A DNA stretch of 64,000 bases from Octopus vulgaris (taxonomy: Eukaryota): contig OX597825.1 in NCBI GenBank assembly GCA_951406725.2, forward strand, positions 22,072,001-22,136,000. The letters run 5' to 3'. Below the pieces are notes generated by a model. It was not told the DNA's origin, made no database searches, and saw nothing but the letters and a program-made list of their open reading frames with translations. Both the position numbers and the translations under genes were made by a program. Shown one piece after another: positions 1 to 13,458 of the stretch. Positions within the stretch are counted from its first letter, which is position 1. The number at the start of each line of letters is the position of its first letter.

Positions 1-102
1 CCCCACTGCGTGGCATCTTGAGCTCGTATCTTCTAGTATAGTCTCGGTCCGACCAAAGTCTTGTGATTTATTTCTTATACAGAAACTGAGCGAAGCCCGT
101 CG

Positions 103-104
<2 letters not shown>
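1..104 (+). mobile_element. SINE family A fragment (cut by window edge)
   Basis: cccactgcgtggcatcttg...ccgaccaaag...aaactgagcgaagcccgtcgtat matches the body of the full copies at 40626 and 47345. Confidence 0.85.
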
Positions 105-174
<70 letters not shown>

Positions 175-175
<1 letters not shown>

Positions 176-332
176 CGGGAAGGTTTACGAAAATAAAAAA
201 AAGACGAAGGCAGGTGGAGTACAATCAAACAATATATTAGTATGGCGCTCAGGAATAGAAATAAAACAAGTCTTTTACGTTTCGAGCCTACGCTCTGCGA
301 CAGAAAGATACACAGTAAAGAAACAAGGAGAG
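175..332. mobile_element. Probable Penelope-like element terminal-repeat fragment with a hammerhead-like motif
   Basis: Sits between (TA)n tracts. Minus strand 271-308 reads TCTTT-CTGTCGCA-GAGC-GTAG-GCTC-GAAACGTA-AAAGA. A related fragment lies at ~16195-16255. Confidence 0.55.
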
Positions 333-349
333 ATATATATATATATATG

Positions 350-421
<72 letters not shown>

Positions 422-1046
422 TTAAATCTCTAATTTAATATAATATATACATATGTGTGTGTGAGTGTGTGTGTATATATATATGTGTATAATATATATA
501 TACACATATATATATATATATAATTCACCCAAAATTAATTTACGAAGGTGTCATTAATTCCTTTATTACCCATGAGAGGTTTAGTTTACTGGTGATCTAA
601 ACGAATAAGTACGCTGTGTATGTTTTATAATTGATCATCTGTTAGTCTGTTAGGTTGCAAGTTCACAGCTGAGGCACCAGCTAGTGAAAACAGTGTGAAA
701 ACATGTCTACTTAAAACAGCAACCGAGTTGATATGTATAAGGAAAGTAAGGCAATGTAGAAAATGCTAAAGTGATTTTTTCATGAGGAACATTTCAGTAC
801 CTTTGCAACTTTTATAACTTACAGTAAAGCATGAAAAACCATTAAATTGTGGAAGAATTAAATGAAATGATTTTTAAAAATATTTCCATAGTTTTCTAAT
901 GCAGGGGATATTTTTCTTTTTTCTGTCGGTCGCTGTTTCTTTTTTTTTTTTTTTACTCTTGTAGGCTCTATGTAGTTAGCAGCAACTAGTGTGATATGAA
1001 TTCTTGTCTTTTATTGTTTAAGCAGCAGTAGTAGAGAGAGTAGGTG

Positions 1047-1150
1047 GAGAAGAAGAAGAAGAATAAGAAGAAGAAGGAGGAGGAGAAGAAGAAGAAGAAG
1101 AAGAAGAAGAAGAAGAAGAAGAAGAAGAAGAAGAAGAAGAAGAAGAAGAA
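1047..1150. repeat. (GAA)n microsatellite
   Basis: Directly visible, with a few GGA/TAA variant units. Confidence 0.97.
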
Positions 1151-1316
1151 TGCGGGAGTGGTATGATAGTAGATGCATGTTGGTGGAACCCTCTCAAATG
1201 GTCAATTGACCTAAATTGACCCGTTGTGGTAGGAATATTAGGGATTGGAATTGTTCTGAATACATTTACGTGAACTGATTGTTTTGAATATATCGTTTTT
1301 AATATTTACGTGTGTG

Positions 1317-1449
1317 TTATTCTAAGGCCTTGACGGTAGTGTCATTTGTGGCGGATGCATTCGAAAGGGGCGTATATTTAGTGAGGAAGAATGACTCTTT
1401 ATCACTGCGCTGATAACACGTTGTATCGTCACTGAATTGATAGATAAGA

Positions 1450-1450
<1 letters not shown>
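1317..1450 (-). pseudogene. Penelope-like GIY-YIG endonuclease C-terminal relic
   Basis: LIYQFSDDTTCYQRSDKESFFLTKYTPLSN resembles the PLE endonuclease C-terminus (R..KE.FFI.K..P.LN). The 5' side is truncated at a (TA)n tract. Confidence 0.55.
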
Positions 1451-1488
<38 letters not shown>

Positions 1489-2032
1489 TAGGGGGAGGGG
1501 AGACAGACTGACAGACAGAGAGTGAGGGAGAGATAGAATGAGAAAAAGTGAGAGAGATAAAATGACAGAAAATATCGACAAATAAATAAATATATTAGTT
1601 TCAACCAAGGTCAGTATTCTGGTCTTTCCTTATCAATCTAAGCCTTTCTGCATCAAATGGTTGGAAATTTGGAAGGATATCATTCGATCCTCCACTCTAC
1701 ATATAAGTGCCATTCTGAACTCCACATATTCACTATGAATATAAAGCAGTTAATGATAGTTAAAATTGAGGTATATTTTATGTTCGGTGTCCAGACTGAA
1801 GACAAGACGGAATTTGTGTGATCATCTCTCATTAGCACAGTTCTTTGTTCACTTGTGCACAGCTTTCTGCTTTCTTCAAACACGAATTTTAACTATCTCA
1901 TTTAACAAAAATTGGCACAACATTGTTAGATTAAGGAGGCATCGACTTGAATATTTGAGTTCGGTATGATTATAGGCTTTTAACTAATACAGACAGATTA
2001 ATATTGTTGCGCTACCAAAGAACGACTCTCTA

Positions 2033-2415
2033 GACTGTGATGGAAGACGAATACTTCTCAATAATGTAATTTTGGATTCAATCCCACTGCTACGTCCCTT
2101 GAACACGTATTTTCTATAGATTCGGGTAAACCATGAAGTGGGTCTGGTGAACAGTTATGTAAAGAGGCCCGCCGTGTGCGTGCGTGTGTGTATCTATGTG
2201 TATTCCATTATTTGAGTTTGTCTCTCAGCATTTTCGAGGACCAGCGTTAGTTTGTTTGCATCTCCGTAATTTTTGGGTTCGTCAAAAGAGAACGATAGAA
2301 TTCGTACCAGGTTGTAACAAATAAGCAACAGGGTTGAATTGTTCGACTAAACTTTTCAAGATCTTGCCCCAGTGTGACAGTCGTGCATGACTGGAATATT
2401 TAAAAGAAATAAGAT
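2033..2415 (+). mobile_element. Degraded SINE family A
   Basis: Collinear but diverged: ggattcaatcccactgc, internal (TG)n, aaaagagaacgatagaat, gttcgactaaa, atgactggaa tail. Confidence 0.75.
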
Positions 2416-3197
2416 AGGCAAAATCCATAATTGCTCAGATGGTATAAAGACGAATGCAACCTAGTTTCACCAACACTCAACCAACAATTCATAACTAACA
2501 TACCCATGAACACATTCAGTAGTCCCTTTCTTAAACCTCTCTATATATACAGTTTCAGAAATAAGGGACGTTTTATGTTATGATAACCGTCGCACTAGAA
2601 ACTCTCGAACCATGAATTCGTATACCGTCTTATAATTTGGAATGTCGCTGTCAAATCCGACATACCATAGAACTGCAAGCACTACCTTGCTAACAAACCC
2701 CGAACCAAACAGTGACAGTTATTACTCAAATATCCAAACTGTTAACTGAGCGTCCTCACCAAATGAAAAGAGCCGGATGTACAATGCTCTCAAACTATAA
2801 GCATTTGCTCTAAAATGCGACGAAATTTTTGGAGTGTTCGATATTTCTTTGCAGTGTATATCCGCGATTGCGCTGTACAATTTTTGCAGATCGTTTTGCA
2901 TGATGATAGACGAAATACCATAAATTGCCAACATATCGTTGCTGTACATCATTTCATTATGCATATAAGCATGTTTTATTCCCTCTTTTCAACAAACGTG
3001 AAGAGAGTTTCAAGTTAGAGAAAACGTATGTCACAACTACATTGAATTACGTTCAATGTAACATTCTGTAGCTTTCATACATACACGCAAATGGCTGTGC
3101 TAATATCTGTAAGATATTTATCATAAATACATGCCTACTCACATAAAAAAAAACGTACTTTTGTAGGCGCATCCTTTTCTCTCCCCTCTCTCTATGA

Positions 3198-3240
<43 letters not shown>

Positions 3241-3474
3241 TACATATACACACATATATATATATATATATAAATATATACATGTAAATACATATATAAG
3301 TATATGTATTGATATATATACATAAACACATATACACATATATATACACACACATACGCACACTGACACAAACACACACACACACATGTATTCATATTTA
3401 TCTATCTATCAATTCAGCTATGTATCTATTTTATATATTATATTATATTATATCATATATATATATATACATAT

Positions 3475-3545
3475 AATGGCGGTGCCCCAGCATGGCCGCA
3501 GCTCGTGGGCTGAAACTAGATAAAATGAAAATGAATAAAATGAAA
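3475..3545 (+). mobile_element. Solo CR1-LINE 3' tail (extreme 5' truncation)
   Basis: atggcggtgccccagcatggccgcagctc...gctgaaactagataaaa matches the reverse complement of the CR1 3' end at 33456-33500. Confidence 0.8.
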
Positions 3546-4191
3546 CTACCTTATATATATATATATATATATACACATATAATGATTAATTAAATAGAAA
3601 TATTGACGTTATGAATTTAATCCCGTCATTCTGATCGTAAAAAAAAGTGTAATCTGTCTAGCGAATAGAAATGCCATAAGCGAACGTATCATTATTTATA
3701 TTTAAATATTGATTTCTGTCAACTCTACGAAAAAATTGAAATAAACTGTTAGATATATTCGAGTGTTTATATTATTTCATATGTAATAAGTTTTAAAATA
3801 ATTATGCCAATTTATTTTTTTCTTTTCGAAGTTTAAGCTGAAAAAATACTCTTCGAAGACAGATATATGGAAACTGAATATTGCGAAATTTATGATAGAT
3901 AACAAAACAAAACAAAACAAAACAATACCATGCGATTTCTTATTTAATAACCATGCATGAGAGTCAAACACTGGGTAACATATTTGAAATAGCTGCGTTC
4001 CTAAAATAATTTCGTCAAATAAATATGTTCGATACACACAAAGATGAGATTAATAATATAAATAGTTGCATGGATACATCTTCACACATAACGTACACAT
4101 TTGCATAGAGATTTGTCTATAGATTATAGATTATAGAATATGGAAACATGGAAGTGAGTTCAGTTCTGCGCGCCTGTTATTATTTATTTTT

Positions 4192-4493
4192 ATTTTAATT
4201 GTTTCAGTTATTTGACTGTAGCCGTTCTGGAGCACCGCCTTTCGTCGAAGAAATCGACATTCTCTGTAAGCCTAGTACTTATTCTAGCGGATATTTTTGA
4301 CGAAATGCTAAATTACGGGGACGTAAACACACCAGCATATAAACGACGGGATTCTTGGTCTTTCTGTCTACCAAATCCACTCACAATGCTTCGGTAGGTC
4401 CGAGTCTAAAGTAGAATATACTTGCCCATGGTACCATGCGGTGGGAGGCAACCCGGATCCATGTAACTGGGAAACAAGCTTCTTACCACACAG
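4192..4493 (-). mobile_element. SINE family A (diverged)
   Basis: Reverse complement of the family A head (cttaccacacag), core (ctaccaaatccactcaca) and tail (tttcagttatttgactg...ctggagcaccgcc). Confidence 0.88.
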
Positions 4494-4627
4494 TGATTTT
4501 ACCGTAAAATATCAGAGATCTACGCAAATTGAGAATCAGCGGTGTAAATATTTAGTTACTAGCAGAAAACAACCGTTCTGGAATTTGTTAAATTAATATT
4601 TTTAATTAAAGGTAATTTTACAAAGGT

Positions 4628-4920
4628 AGGCGCAGGAGTGGCTGTGTGGTAATTAGCTTGCTTACCAACCACATGGTTCCGGATTTAGTCCAACTAGGTG
4701 GCATCTTGGGCAAGTGTCTTCTACTATAGCCTCGGGCCGACCAAAACCTTGTCAGTGGATTTGGTAGATGGAAACTGAAAGAAGCTCGTCGTATATATGT
4801 ATATGTATATATATGTGTGTGTGCTTGACAACCGATGCTGGTGTGTTTACATTCCCGTAACTTAGCGGTTCGGCAAAACAGACCGATAGAATAAGTACTA
4901 GGCTCACAAAGAATAAGTCC
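4628..4920 (+). mobile_element. SINE family A, 3'-truncated
   Basis: tRNA-like head aggcgcaggagtggctgtgtggt...ggttccggatttagtccc, then a CORE-like tcttgggcaagt motif. Confidence 0.92.
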
Positions 4921-5012
4921 ACAGAATAAGAAAATGTATGGAGTTGAGTGTATAAGCCACACACACATGTACGAATGGATATATATATATATATGCATAT
5001 TTATATATATAT

Positions 5013-5388
5013 AGGCGCAGTCCCACTGCGTGGCACCTTGACTAAGTGTCTTATATTATAGCATCGGGCCGACCAAAGCCTTGTGAGTGGATTTGGTGGA
5101 CGGAAACTGAAAGAAGCCCGTCGTATATTTGTACATATATATATATATATGTGTGTGTGTGTGTATGTTTGTGTGTCTGTGTTTGTCCCCCTAGCATTGC
5201 TTGACAACCGATGCTGGTGTGTTTATGTCCCCGTTACTTAGCGATTGGGCAAAAAAGTGACCGATAGAATAAGTACTGGGCTTACAAAAACAATAAGTCC
5301 CGGGGTCGAGTTGCTCGATTAAAGGCGGTGCTCCAGCATGGCCGCAGTCAAATGACTGAAACAAGTGAAAGAGTAAAAGTGTAAAAGA
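5013..5388 (+). mobile_element. SINE family A with most of the tRNA head deleted
   Basis: aggcgcag is fused directly to tcccactgcg. The rest is intact through ggcggtgctccagcatggccgcagtcaaatgactgaaac and the (gtaaaa) tail. Confidence 0.92.
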
Positions 5389-5962
5389 ATATATATATAT
5401 ATATGTTACATGTTCGTTTGTGATATGTGATAATCATAATAATTGCACGAAATGATTCCTAAAAACGAAAGCACGAATCCGTTTTCCCTGTATGCGTGTT
5501 CATACACGTATATACATGCATGCAAATAGACACACAAGCATATATATGTGTGTAGGGAGGTATTCGCACCTGAACGCATGTATGAATATACGCATACATG
5601 TATGCATATATATATGTGTCCGTGTGTGTGTGTTGATGCACATTTATGTTTAAGAATCGTGGAATATTGCAATATATATATATAACCAAAGTTAAATGAG
5701 CAGAATAACTGAAAACTTCTCACATTGTATCATCGTGATTGTTAGGACAACTAATTAGACTTCCCTGGCGTACTTGAAGTGGATTAAGTACGAATGAAAT
5801 GTCAACCAGATTACACAGTTCACAAATTCGTTGATATCTCTTCGTCATTAATGACTATTCTTCATATAACGCAGTTGTGTCAATAGGTTCATTAATAGTG
5901 CACTGCTTAATAACTGGCGTCAAATCTCAGCCTAGTTCAAAGAAGTTTTTCATACACATATC

Positions 5963-6195
5963 CATTTCTTTACTACCCACAAGGGGCTAAACACAGAGGA
6001 GACAAACAAGGACAGACAAACGGATTAAGTCGATTACATCGACCCCAGTGCGTAACTGGTACTTAATTTATCGACCCCGGAAGGATGAAAGGCAAAGTCG
6101 ACCTCGGCGGAATTTGAAATCGGAACGTAACGGCAGACGAAATACTGCTAAGCATTTCGCCCGGCGTGCCAAATTTTTATGCCAGCTCGCCGCTT
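5963..6195 (-). mobile_element. SINE family B with 16-bp TSD
   Basis: Reverse complement of ggcgagctggca...gaggtcgactttgcctttcatcctt. TSD ttttcatacacatatc at 5947-5962 and 6196-6211. Confidence 0.95.
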
Positions 6196-6526
6196 TTTTC
6201 ATACACATATCTATTAGTACCATGAAGGCATATACTAATAGCATGCACTTAGCTACAAGTAAAGGATTCTCAGCGTTCTCTACTTGTAATCCACTCGAGT
6301 TTTATGCGTTCAAGTAAATAATTTCCTCTTAGCTATTTTTCTGTGTCTCTCTCACGTTCTTAGTTTCATGTTCACGTAGGGTCTTCAAAATTATGACCTA
6401 AATAAACTTGGTATAAATCATTTTCATCGCGATTGAATTCGAACAACTTCATATACATACATAGGATTCTATTGTAAGGCCTTTATTTACTTGAGTCACG
6501 TGGAAGCTATTGAATCAGACTTTGAA

Positions 6527-6775
6527 TGAATCTTTTCCTTTTAAATGGCGGTTTTCAACACAATTTCTACTTAACAATTTTAGCTCAGTAGAGGCAACTG
6601 ATTGGTTAAAATTCGAAAATTTAAACTACGTTAAACTTACAAATTACAATTTTCTCAAGAAAGCCAAGAGAAAAAAATGTTTTATTTTGACACATTCTAC
6701 CACTATACGAAGTTTAAAAGTGTTTAGTTAACTAGAAATTGTGTTGAAAACTGCCGTTCAAAAGGAAAAGATCCC
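6527..6775. mobile_element. MITE with ~40-bp TIRs and 6-bp TSD (TTTGAA)
   Basis: Left gaatcttttccttttaaatggcggttttcaacacaatttcta; right tagaaattgtgttgaaaactgccgttcaaaaggaaaagatccc; tttgaa on both flanks. Confidence 0.9.
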
Positions 6776-7670
6776 TTTGAATCCCAACATTATAACCGAA
6801 TAGAATACTATGTTTTGTGTATAAAATTTACATTGAGTAAATATGTTATACTATGCGTAAGCTTTAAGACATTTGTTATTTGAATAGAGAACCGCTCGTA
6901 TTTGCTTGTAGAACGTAGATAGGCGGTTATTATTTAATGTACTTAAAATATAATAAAGTATAAGTGTATATGCATCATAAAACCTCTTACATTTAACTAG
7001 TTATATTCTTTATATATATACTACATTTATACGTACACATGCGAATACACACACACACACAACTGTATATAATGGAGATATAAACGTATGTCCAGCATTT
7101 TGTTAATGTTTAAATACCAACATAAAAGTTACAGTCGCTGTCTTCGTATATTTGTCTGTGCGTGTGTTTTCCGTTACCTGCTCATGCGAAACTCGCCGAG
7201 GTTTATATATTTTTGCCTCACTGCCCTTCACAAAATCTTTCTGAAATCAATCGTATTGTAACCGAATTAATGGTATAAATATGAAGGCTAATACGAAATA
7301 TATGAGTCAAAGCGCATTTCAAAGTTCAACAAAACAATTAAATAGAATTTAATGTCGCAAAATTCGCATAAAATAAATTTTGCATTAGGAATCCAGTAAG
7401 CAATAACAAATATTAACTGAGGTAACGTTACCTGATCAATCCTCGTTCAATATTTCGACTGACGGTTAATAAATTATTTTTAATGATGCATCAAATCTCA
7501 TAGATTTAATTTATGGGGAGTCAAGTTAAAATTATTGTGTGTGAAGAATTCTTTATTTGGATACTATCAAAAATTCGCAGTAATTCTGAAAAGAACACTA
7601 CCAATAAAATTAGTTTGGCAGTTCGAAAACTGCATTTTCTGCGGTTCATTTATTATTAAATACATACAAC

Positions 7671-8058
7671 GAGTGGTGGTGTCGGAAGAAGTTTGCTTTC
7701 CAGCCACGTAGTTCTGGGTTCAGTCCCACTGCATGGCACCTTGGGTAAATATCTTCCATTATAGCCGCGGGTCGACCGAAGCCTTTTGTGTGCATTTGGT
7801 AGACAGATTTTGAAAGAAGCCCATCGTATATATATGTGTATATACATCTATGTGTGTGTGTCTGTGTTTGTCTCTCGTCACCACTTGAAAATCGGTGGTG
7901 GTGTGTTTACGTCACCGTAAGTAACGGTTCGGCAAAACAGACCGATAGAATAAGTATTAAGCTTTAAAAATAAGTACTGGGGTTGATTCTTTCGATTAAA
8001 ATTCAAGGCGGTGCCCCAGCATGGCCGCAATCTAATGACTGAAACCGGTAAAAGATAT
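7671..8058 (+). mobile_element. SINE family A
   Basis: gggttcagtcccactgcatggcaccttggg core, internal (TA)/(TG) tract, ggcggtgccccagcatggccgca tail. Confidence 0.92.
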
Positions 8059-8445
8059 AAATACATGTATATAGCGTGATATTGAGCGGGAGTTAGAATC
8101 TTCCTTAATACACGCTTAAATAATATCACTTCACACAAAATTGCTTTTGAATAACACACATATATATATATATATGAGGCAGACGTTTGTTTTTCACCAA
8201 CGAATTATGAAACATATATGCATACAAATATAAAAGAGAATTTTCAAGGAATGCCTTTGGCTATTCAGGACAGAATATCAATATAATGTTTTATACTTCT
8301 CTATAATCTGCACTTTTATATTTTATTCTATTTAATACTTGGCTATTATGAAAGGAAGAAACCTCGCTTTATCGTCTTCGAATACCTTTTATAAATGACT
8401 GCAAATGAAAAGAATTCATCGGGCGTGGAAGATCTCTCAAATCTT

Positions 8446-8499
<54 letters not shown>

Positions 8500-8817
8500 G
8501 TTCAAATAAGATTTGAACTTTGTGATCTATAGCAATACACAAGTGAGAAAGGCATTCCTCAATGTTAGTCTGTATCTGATATGAAAAAGCTACATTTTTG
8601 CATTAATAACACTGACTTCAGGATATTGCAAAGTAGTGAACGGACTGTTCAGTACCTTGTGATACCTACGTGTCAGGGACAGGCTATTAGATAAAGAGAG
8701 AAAGAAAATGTTGTGAAAGAAGCCAATATTGTTCTATGAATTCAAAAGACTACTTTGTAATACATATTATATATGTACACACATACGTAAATACATACAC
8801 ACACACACACACATATG

Positions 8818-8942
8818 TGTGGAGGCGCAATCGCCCAGTGGTTAGGGCAGCGAACTCGCGGTTGTAGGATCGCAGTTTCGATTCCCGGACCGGGCGTTGT
8901 GAGTGTTTATTGAACGAAAACACCTAAAGTTCCACGAGTTCC
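8818..8942 (+). mobile_element. SINE family C 5' fragment (tRNA-like head)
   Basis: tgtggaggcgcaatcgcccagtggttagggcagc...gtttcgattccc: A- and B-box-like motifs shared with the copies at 26933, 38128 and 49297. Confidence 0.9.
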
Positions 8943-11900
8943 GTTTAACTCGAGAATCGCGTGGTCTTCTCAATTTACGTGTTATCAATATAGAAGTTAT
9001 TCACCTGTCGACTAAATAGCTGCGAAATGCAACGCAACTGAGTATTCTACAAAACGTTCTATTGAGTGAGGTTCACCTTCCACATTTGAAATATATACAT
9101 ACATACATACATATACAAAGACGTACTATCAGACACATGGACACAAATACCAGTTCAGTACTTGGTTCGAAGTATCTCAGAAATGTCTTTTGGAATTTTA
9201 GACAAAAATTAAGTTGTAGGTTGTAGAATCAAACACCGACTAAAGTTTATATAGGTTGTCTTTCCTTTTGGTAGAATGAACCAACATATATCTATCGAGG
9301 GAATTGTTAAGCAATTTAGATAATATAAGATTTGTTCCGACATGAAATGCCACTGAGTGTGTGTAACACCATAACATCGGTACTGGCACCATATCAAATC
9401 AATTTAATCAGGCTTCAACGGAAAATGCGAACCAGAGCGCGAATTCACCTGGAGCATATAACTTTACCAAGTGTCTCCTTATTCTTTACATTGCTAAATC
9501 GACGGGTTCACTATGTAATTATTCTAAACGGCATTAAGACTATATTATAACCATTAAATGTGTGATGTTTATAATTACAAGTAACTAACTCACACGTATG
9601 CAATCACATTAGCGCATAATTAATTTCCAAATGTATTATATATGCTAGCAGAAACACCGTCCTATGGACTGTTTTCAGCTGCTCGCTAAATATTCACTCA
9701 TTTGATTCCTAATTTAAGTAAGGTTCTGGATGTTACATGTAATTTTCCATTTCTCTTTGATCTGTCTAATAGTACACCACTCGCTCAGTCAAGATTTCTT
9801 TCGTTACTTTATTGTAACCTTAAATCGTTATCTTTTAAACACACAGGAATTATTTTCGCGTACATGGTCATTTATTTTGCTAGAAATGGCAAGTATATTC
9901 AGAGAATATTCTATGACATATAGCATTCCAACGAGTCAGCATACGATAAGATCTACGACTTTTTTCACATTATGCTGTTATACTCTCTTTTACTCTTTTA
10001 CTTTTTTCAGTCATTTGACTGTGGCTATGCCTTATTATGTAACACACTCAGCGGTAAAATTTCCACTGTTTTCTTATTTTTATTGTCCTAAAATTTTCGT
10101 TGCGTCTTACAAACTTTTTGAATGGTTTTGAGGTTTGAGGTTTTATTTAAAACTAGGGCATTAGGTTTATCGTTAAAGATGCCCAAGCATATATTTTAGG
10201 ATAGGGCTCAATCAATAATGACATCAGTTACATCGTTATCGGCTCATCTTAGAATGGGTTTACTTTCGTCTTTTAGCTTTTGAAAACCCGTTCACTTTTT
10301 ATGGCATAGATGTATTTTGATAACGTATTGTTCATATTTTGTAATAAGGTTTTAATTAGATGTTGAATTTATGCAACTTGAGTTTTGTATTCTAACATTT
10401 GCGGGTGTGAATGTTTCTTTAAAATCAATTAGGTAGAATTCCCTTGATTGTGTAAGAAGGTGATATTTTGTTAGTCTTAATCGTTGACTGAATTCTAATA
10501 AAGTATTCCGAACATAGTTTGTGTTGTTGCTGGTGTTCTGGATTTTAAGTATTTTTCATAGAAAACTCTCTATTGTTTTTGCTAATTATTCCGCTAATGA
10601 ATTATAAATGTGAATACCCTCCATATCTGTGTTCTTTCAATCGTAAATTGTTTTAGTTGCATAAAATCTAATTACGTTGTTTTAAGAATTGTTTTTTTCT
10701 TTGCAAAGAGAGGATTGTTCTTATTATCGAAATAACTGTGATGACATTCTTTTCTCTATTGTCTGAGGTGACAAAGTAGCGTATTGGTCTTTTCCCAATT
10801 GTTGAACATCTGTTGTCTTTGTTTCTCTGTTCCAAATCTTGTTGTTTTCACCCGTTGTTTTAGTTCACTAGTGCAATATGTAGAGGAAATTTTCTGAAAA
10901 TGTTATTCATAAAATATAATAAACGTTGCAAAGATATAATTACCGGCGCATTTAAACACTTCTATAATAAAAAAAATAGAAACGTTACAAAACATGACAT
11001 TTTTGTTCAAAGAATCATCAGTGATCTGCAAAAATAGGCGGAATCTCTGCAGATGCCAAACAAATTTAGATATTCTGAAAAATAGAGACGATGTAAGAAT
11101 ACTGTCCACAACCATAGGGGAACTAAATTTCTTCACTATATAAAGTGATTTGCCGTTATATACCGAAATTGTTGACTCTTAAATGCGGGAACCATTTAAG
11201 TAATCATTTATAAACATTGTTGAAACAAATGACCTTCAACCCCTGTCAAGCTTAAAAGCATTAATTTAACGAGGTATAAGTAGTAGCTACATTTTCAAAT
11301 TCTGCGACTGAAAATCTTTCCGATCAAGGTTGATTTGCATCATGCCTGATAGAAAACTAATTTTAAATATATTCGTTCTACAACCTTCACATTATATTTT
11401 CTTTAATCTTCTATGTATTCCAGCTGAGTATTATGTATAAAGACTACTCACCTCAAATTACTAAAAAGATGTTCAGAATATATACTTGATTCATAAATTA
11501 AGCGAGACAAAATGGAAAAGAAATGAATTCAATATCAAGAATTAAGCAAAATATAATCGCAAAATTGCTAACATAGCATTTATAATACGAAAATTTGAGG
11601 TGGAATTTATTGTTGTAAAACCACTGCCAAATGTATAAATATCAATTATATCTGTGTAAAAAACAAGAACAATTTGAACGAGTCCGTTGGTGGAGTTAAA
11701 ATACACTTTTCGAAGGGAACCATGTCAAAGATATTTGTATATTAAAATATATATAAGTTGCAACACAGTTCAATCGACGTAAACGTCCCGCATAAAATTG
11801 CTGGACTTTTGCCCGAATTCGAACACGATATTTTTTATCTGATAGTATAATACTACACATTTCTTTGTCACTTGTCCCACGCCTTAGATGAACCTACATT

Positions 11901-12581
11901 GTTTTATATGGTTAGCGAAAAAAAAGAACATGAGAATTAAATAAAGAAAGATTCTTTTGTCTACGTACATATACGAGTCCTCTCATCACCCACCTTATTC
12001 TACTTCATAGAAAATAAATGTAATTTTTTTCATTGTGGGCGTTACAATGCCAAGGGGTTATATTTTTATAATGAAATGTATTGGAAAAGATTGTTGTTTT
12101 CCTAAAATTCTAATTCCAAATTCACTTGTGAGTTTTTTTAATTTTCATTTTTCTTCCCTTGAATTTTACAAATTCAAATAATCAACAATATTATCACACC
12201 TGCGCCCGCATTTTTCCTGGTGGTATATGTATGTATGTATGTATGTAGTATATGCCATACGTTTTATATGTGTGTGTATGACTGCGTGTGTCTGTGCGTA
12301 TGTGTATGCGTGCGTGCGTGTGTGTACGTATGTGTGTGTGTATATGCGTGTGTGAATGTACTTAATGCGTATATGTGTTGGAACGCACACAGCTAACATT
12401 TTTCTTGCGTTTTCTATAGCATTTCCGCATCCTCATCGAACACTTTTTGCAGATAAATTTGCGTTTCGCAGTCCGTCTATGCATTTCGCTACCACAAATT
12501 CATTTATGCACCATTTTAATTATTTAGTTTGCCCAAATTTTAAGTGTCTTTTCCCACTACTCATCTACATATATTTTTGAA

Positions 12582-12797
12582 AGGCGGCGAGCTGGTAGAA
12601 ATGTTAGCACGCCGGGCGAAATTCGTAGCCGTATTTCGTCTGTCGTTACGTTCCGAGTTCAAATTCCGCCGAGGTCGACTTTGCCTTTCATCCTTTCGGG
12701 GTCGATAAATTAAGTACCAGTTACGCACTGGGGTCGATGTAGTCGACTTAATCCCTTTGCCTGTCCTTGTTTGTCCCCTTGTGGGTAGTAAGGAAAT
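12582..12797 (+). mobile_element. SINE family B with 13-bp TSD
   Basis: Full head-to-tail match to other family B copies. TSD atatatttttgaa at 12569-12581 and 12798-12810. Confidence 0.95.
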
Positions 12798-13034
12798 ATA
12801 TATTTTTGAATAACCAGTTTTATTCTCCTTTCAATGCTAACACACACAAACACACATACACACACGCACGCCCACACACATACACACACACGTGTGTGTG
12901 TGTGTGTATAATGGCATGTGGATATTGGGTTTATAAACACTATTGAAAAAAAAGTTCGAGGGCAAACTTCGAAAATTTTGATATCCACATGGGATTTCCC
13001 AACTCAATATTCACACGCAACTATATACAACGTT

Positions 13035-13458
13035 AGAATCTTTTCGGTTTGAAAGGCAGTTTTTAACATAATTTCTAGGTAACTAAAAAATTTTAAACTT
13101 CGTATACTGGTAGAATGTGTTTATAAAACATCTTTTTCTCTTGGCTTTATTCAGAAAATTGTATAATTTGTAAGATATTTGTTGTTGTTTTTTCCAATTT
13201 CTGCAATTTCAACCAATCAAATACGACTATTGAGGCAAACAACATTTTGTGCCGTATGAATATGTCCCTCATTTAAGAAACAGATTGGGTTTATTTACAT
13301 TTCTGAAGAAAATAAGATACCCTTCCCCCACCCCTAACCCCAACCCCAACCCTGAAAGAGATTGAAATGCAATAGATCGATTCTAAGGTCATAATTATGG
13401 GTGACTATTTCATATGACACCGCTAGAAAAAAACTGCCGTTCAAACCGAGAAGATCCC
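13035..13458. mobile_element. MITE related to the 6527 element, 6-bp TSD (AACGTT)
   Basis: TIRs agaatcttttcggtttgaaaggcagttttt / aaaaactgccgttcaaaccgagaagatccc. aacgtt on both flanks. Shares the internal ttttaaacttcgtata..ggtagaatgtgt with the reverse complement of the 6527 element. Confidence 0.9.

Noticed and set aside
668-710. Hammerhead-like ctgagg...gaaacatgtc
   Set aside because: Core incomplete and no helix I pairing.
2722-3018. Candidate host exon (overlapping short ORFs)
   Set aside because: No recognisable domain and no convincing acceptor/donor pair; a small exon cannot be excluded without RNA-seq.
10140-10890. Possible decayed LINE or Penelope coding relic on the minus strand
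   Set aside because: Strand skew is suggestive but I could not read any diagnostic motif with confidence.
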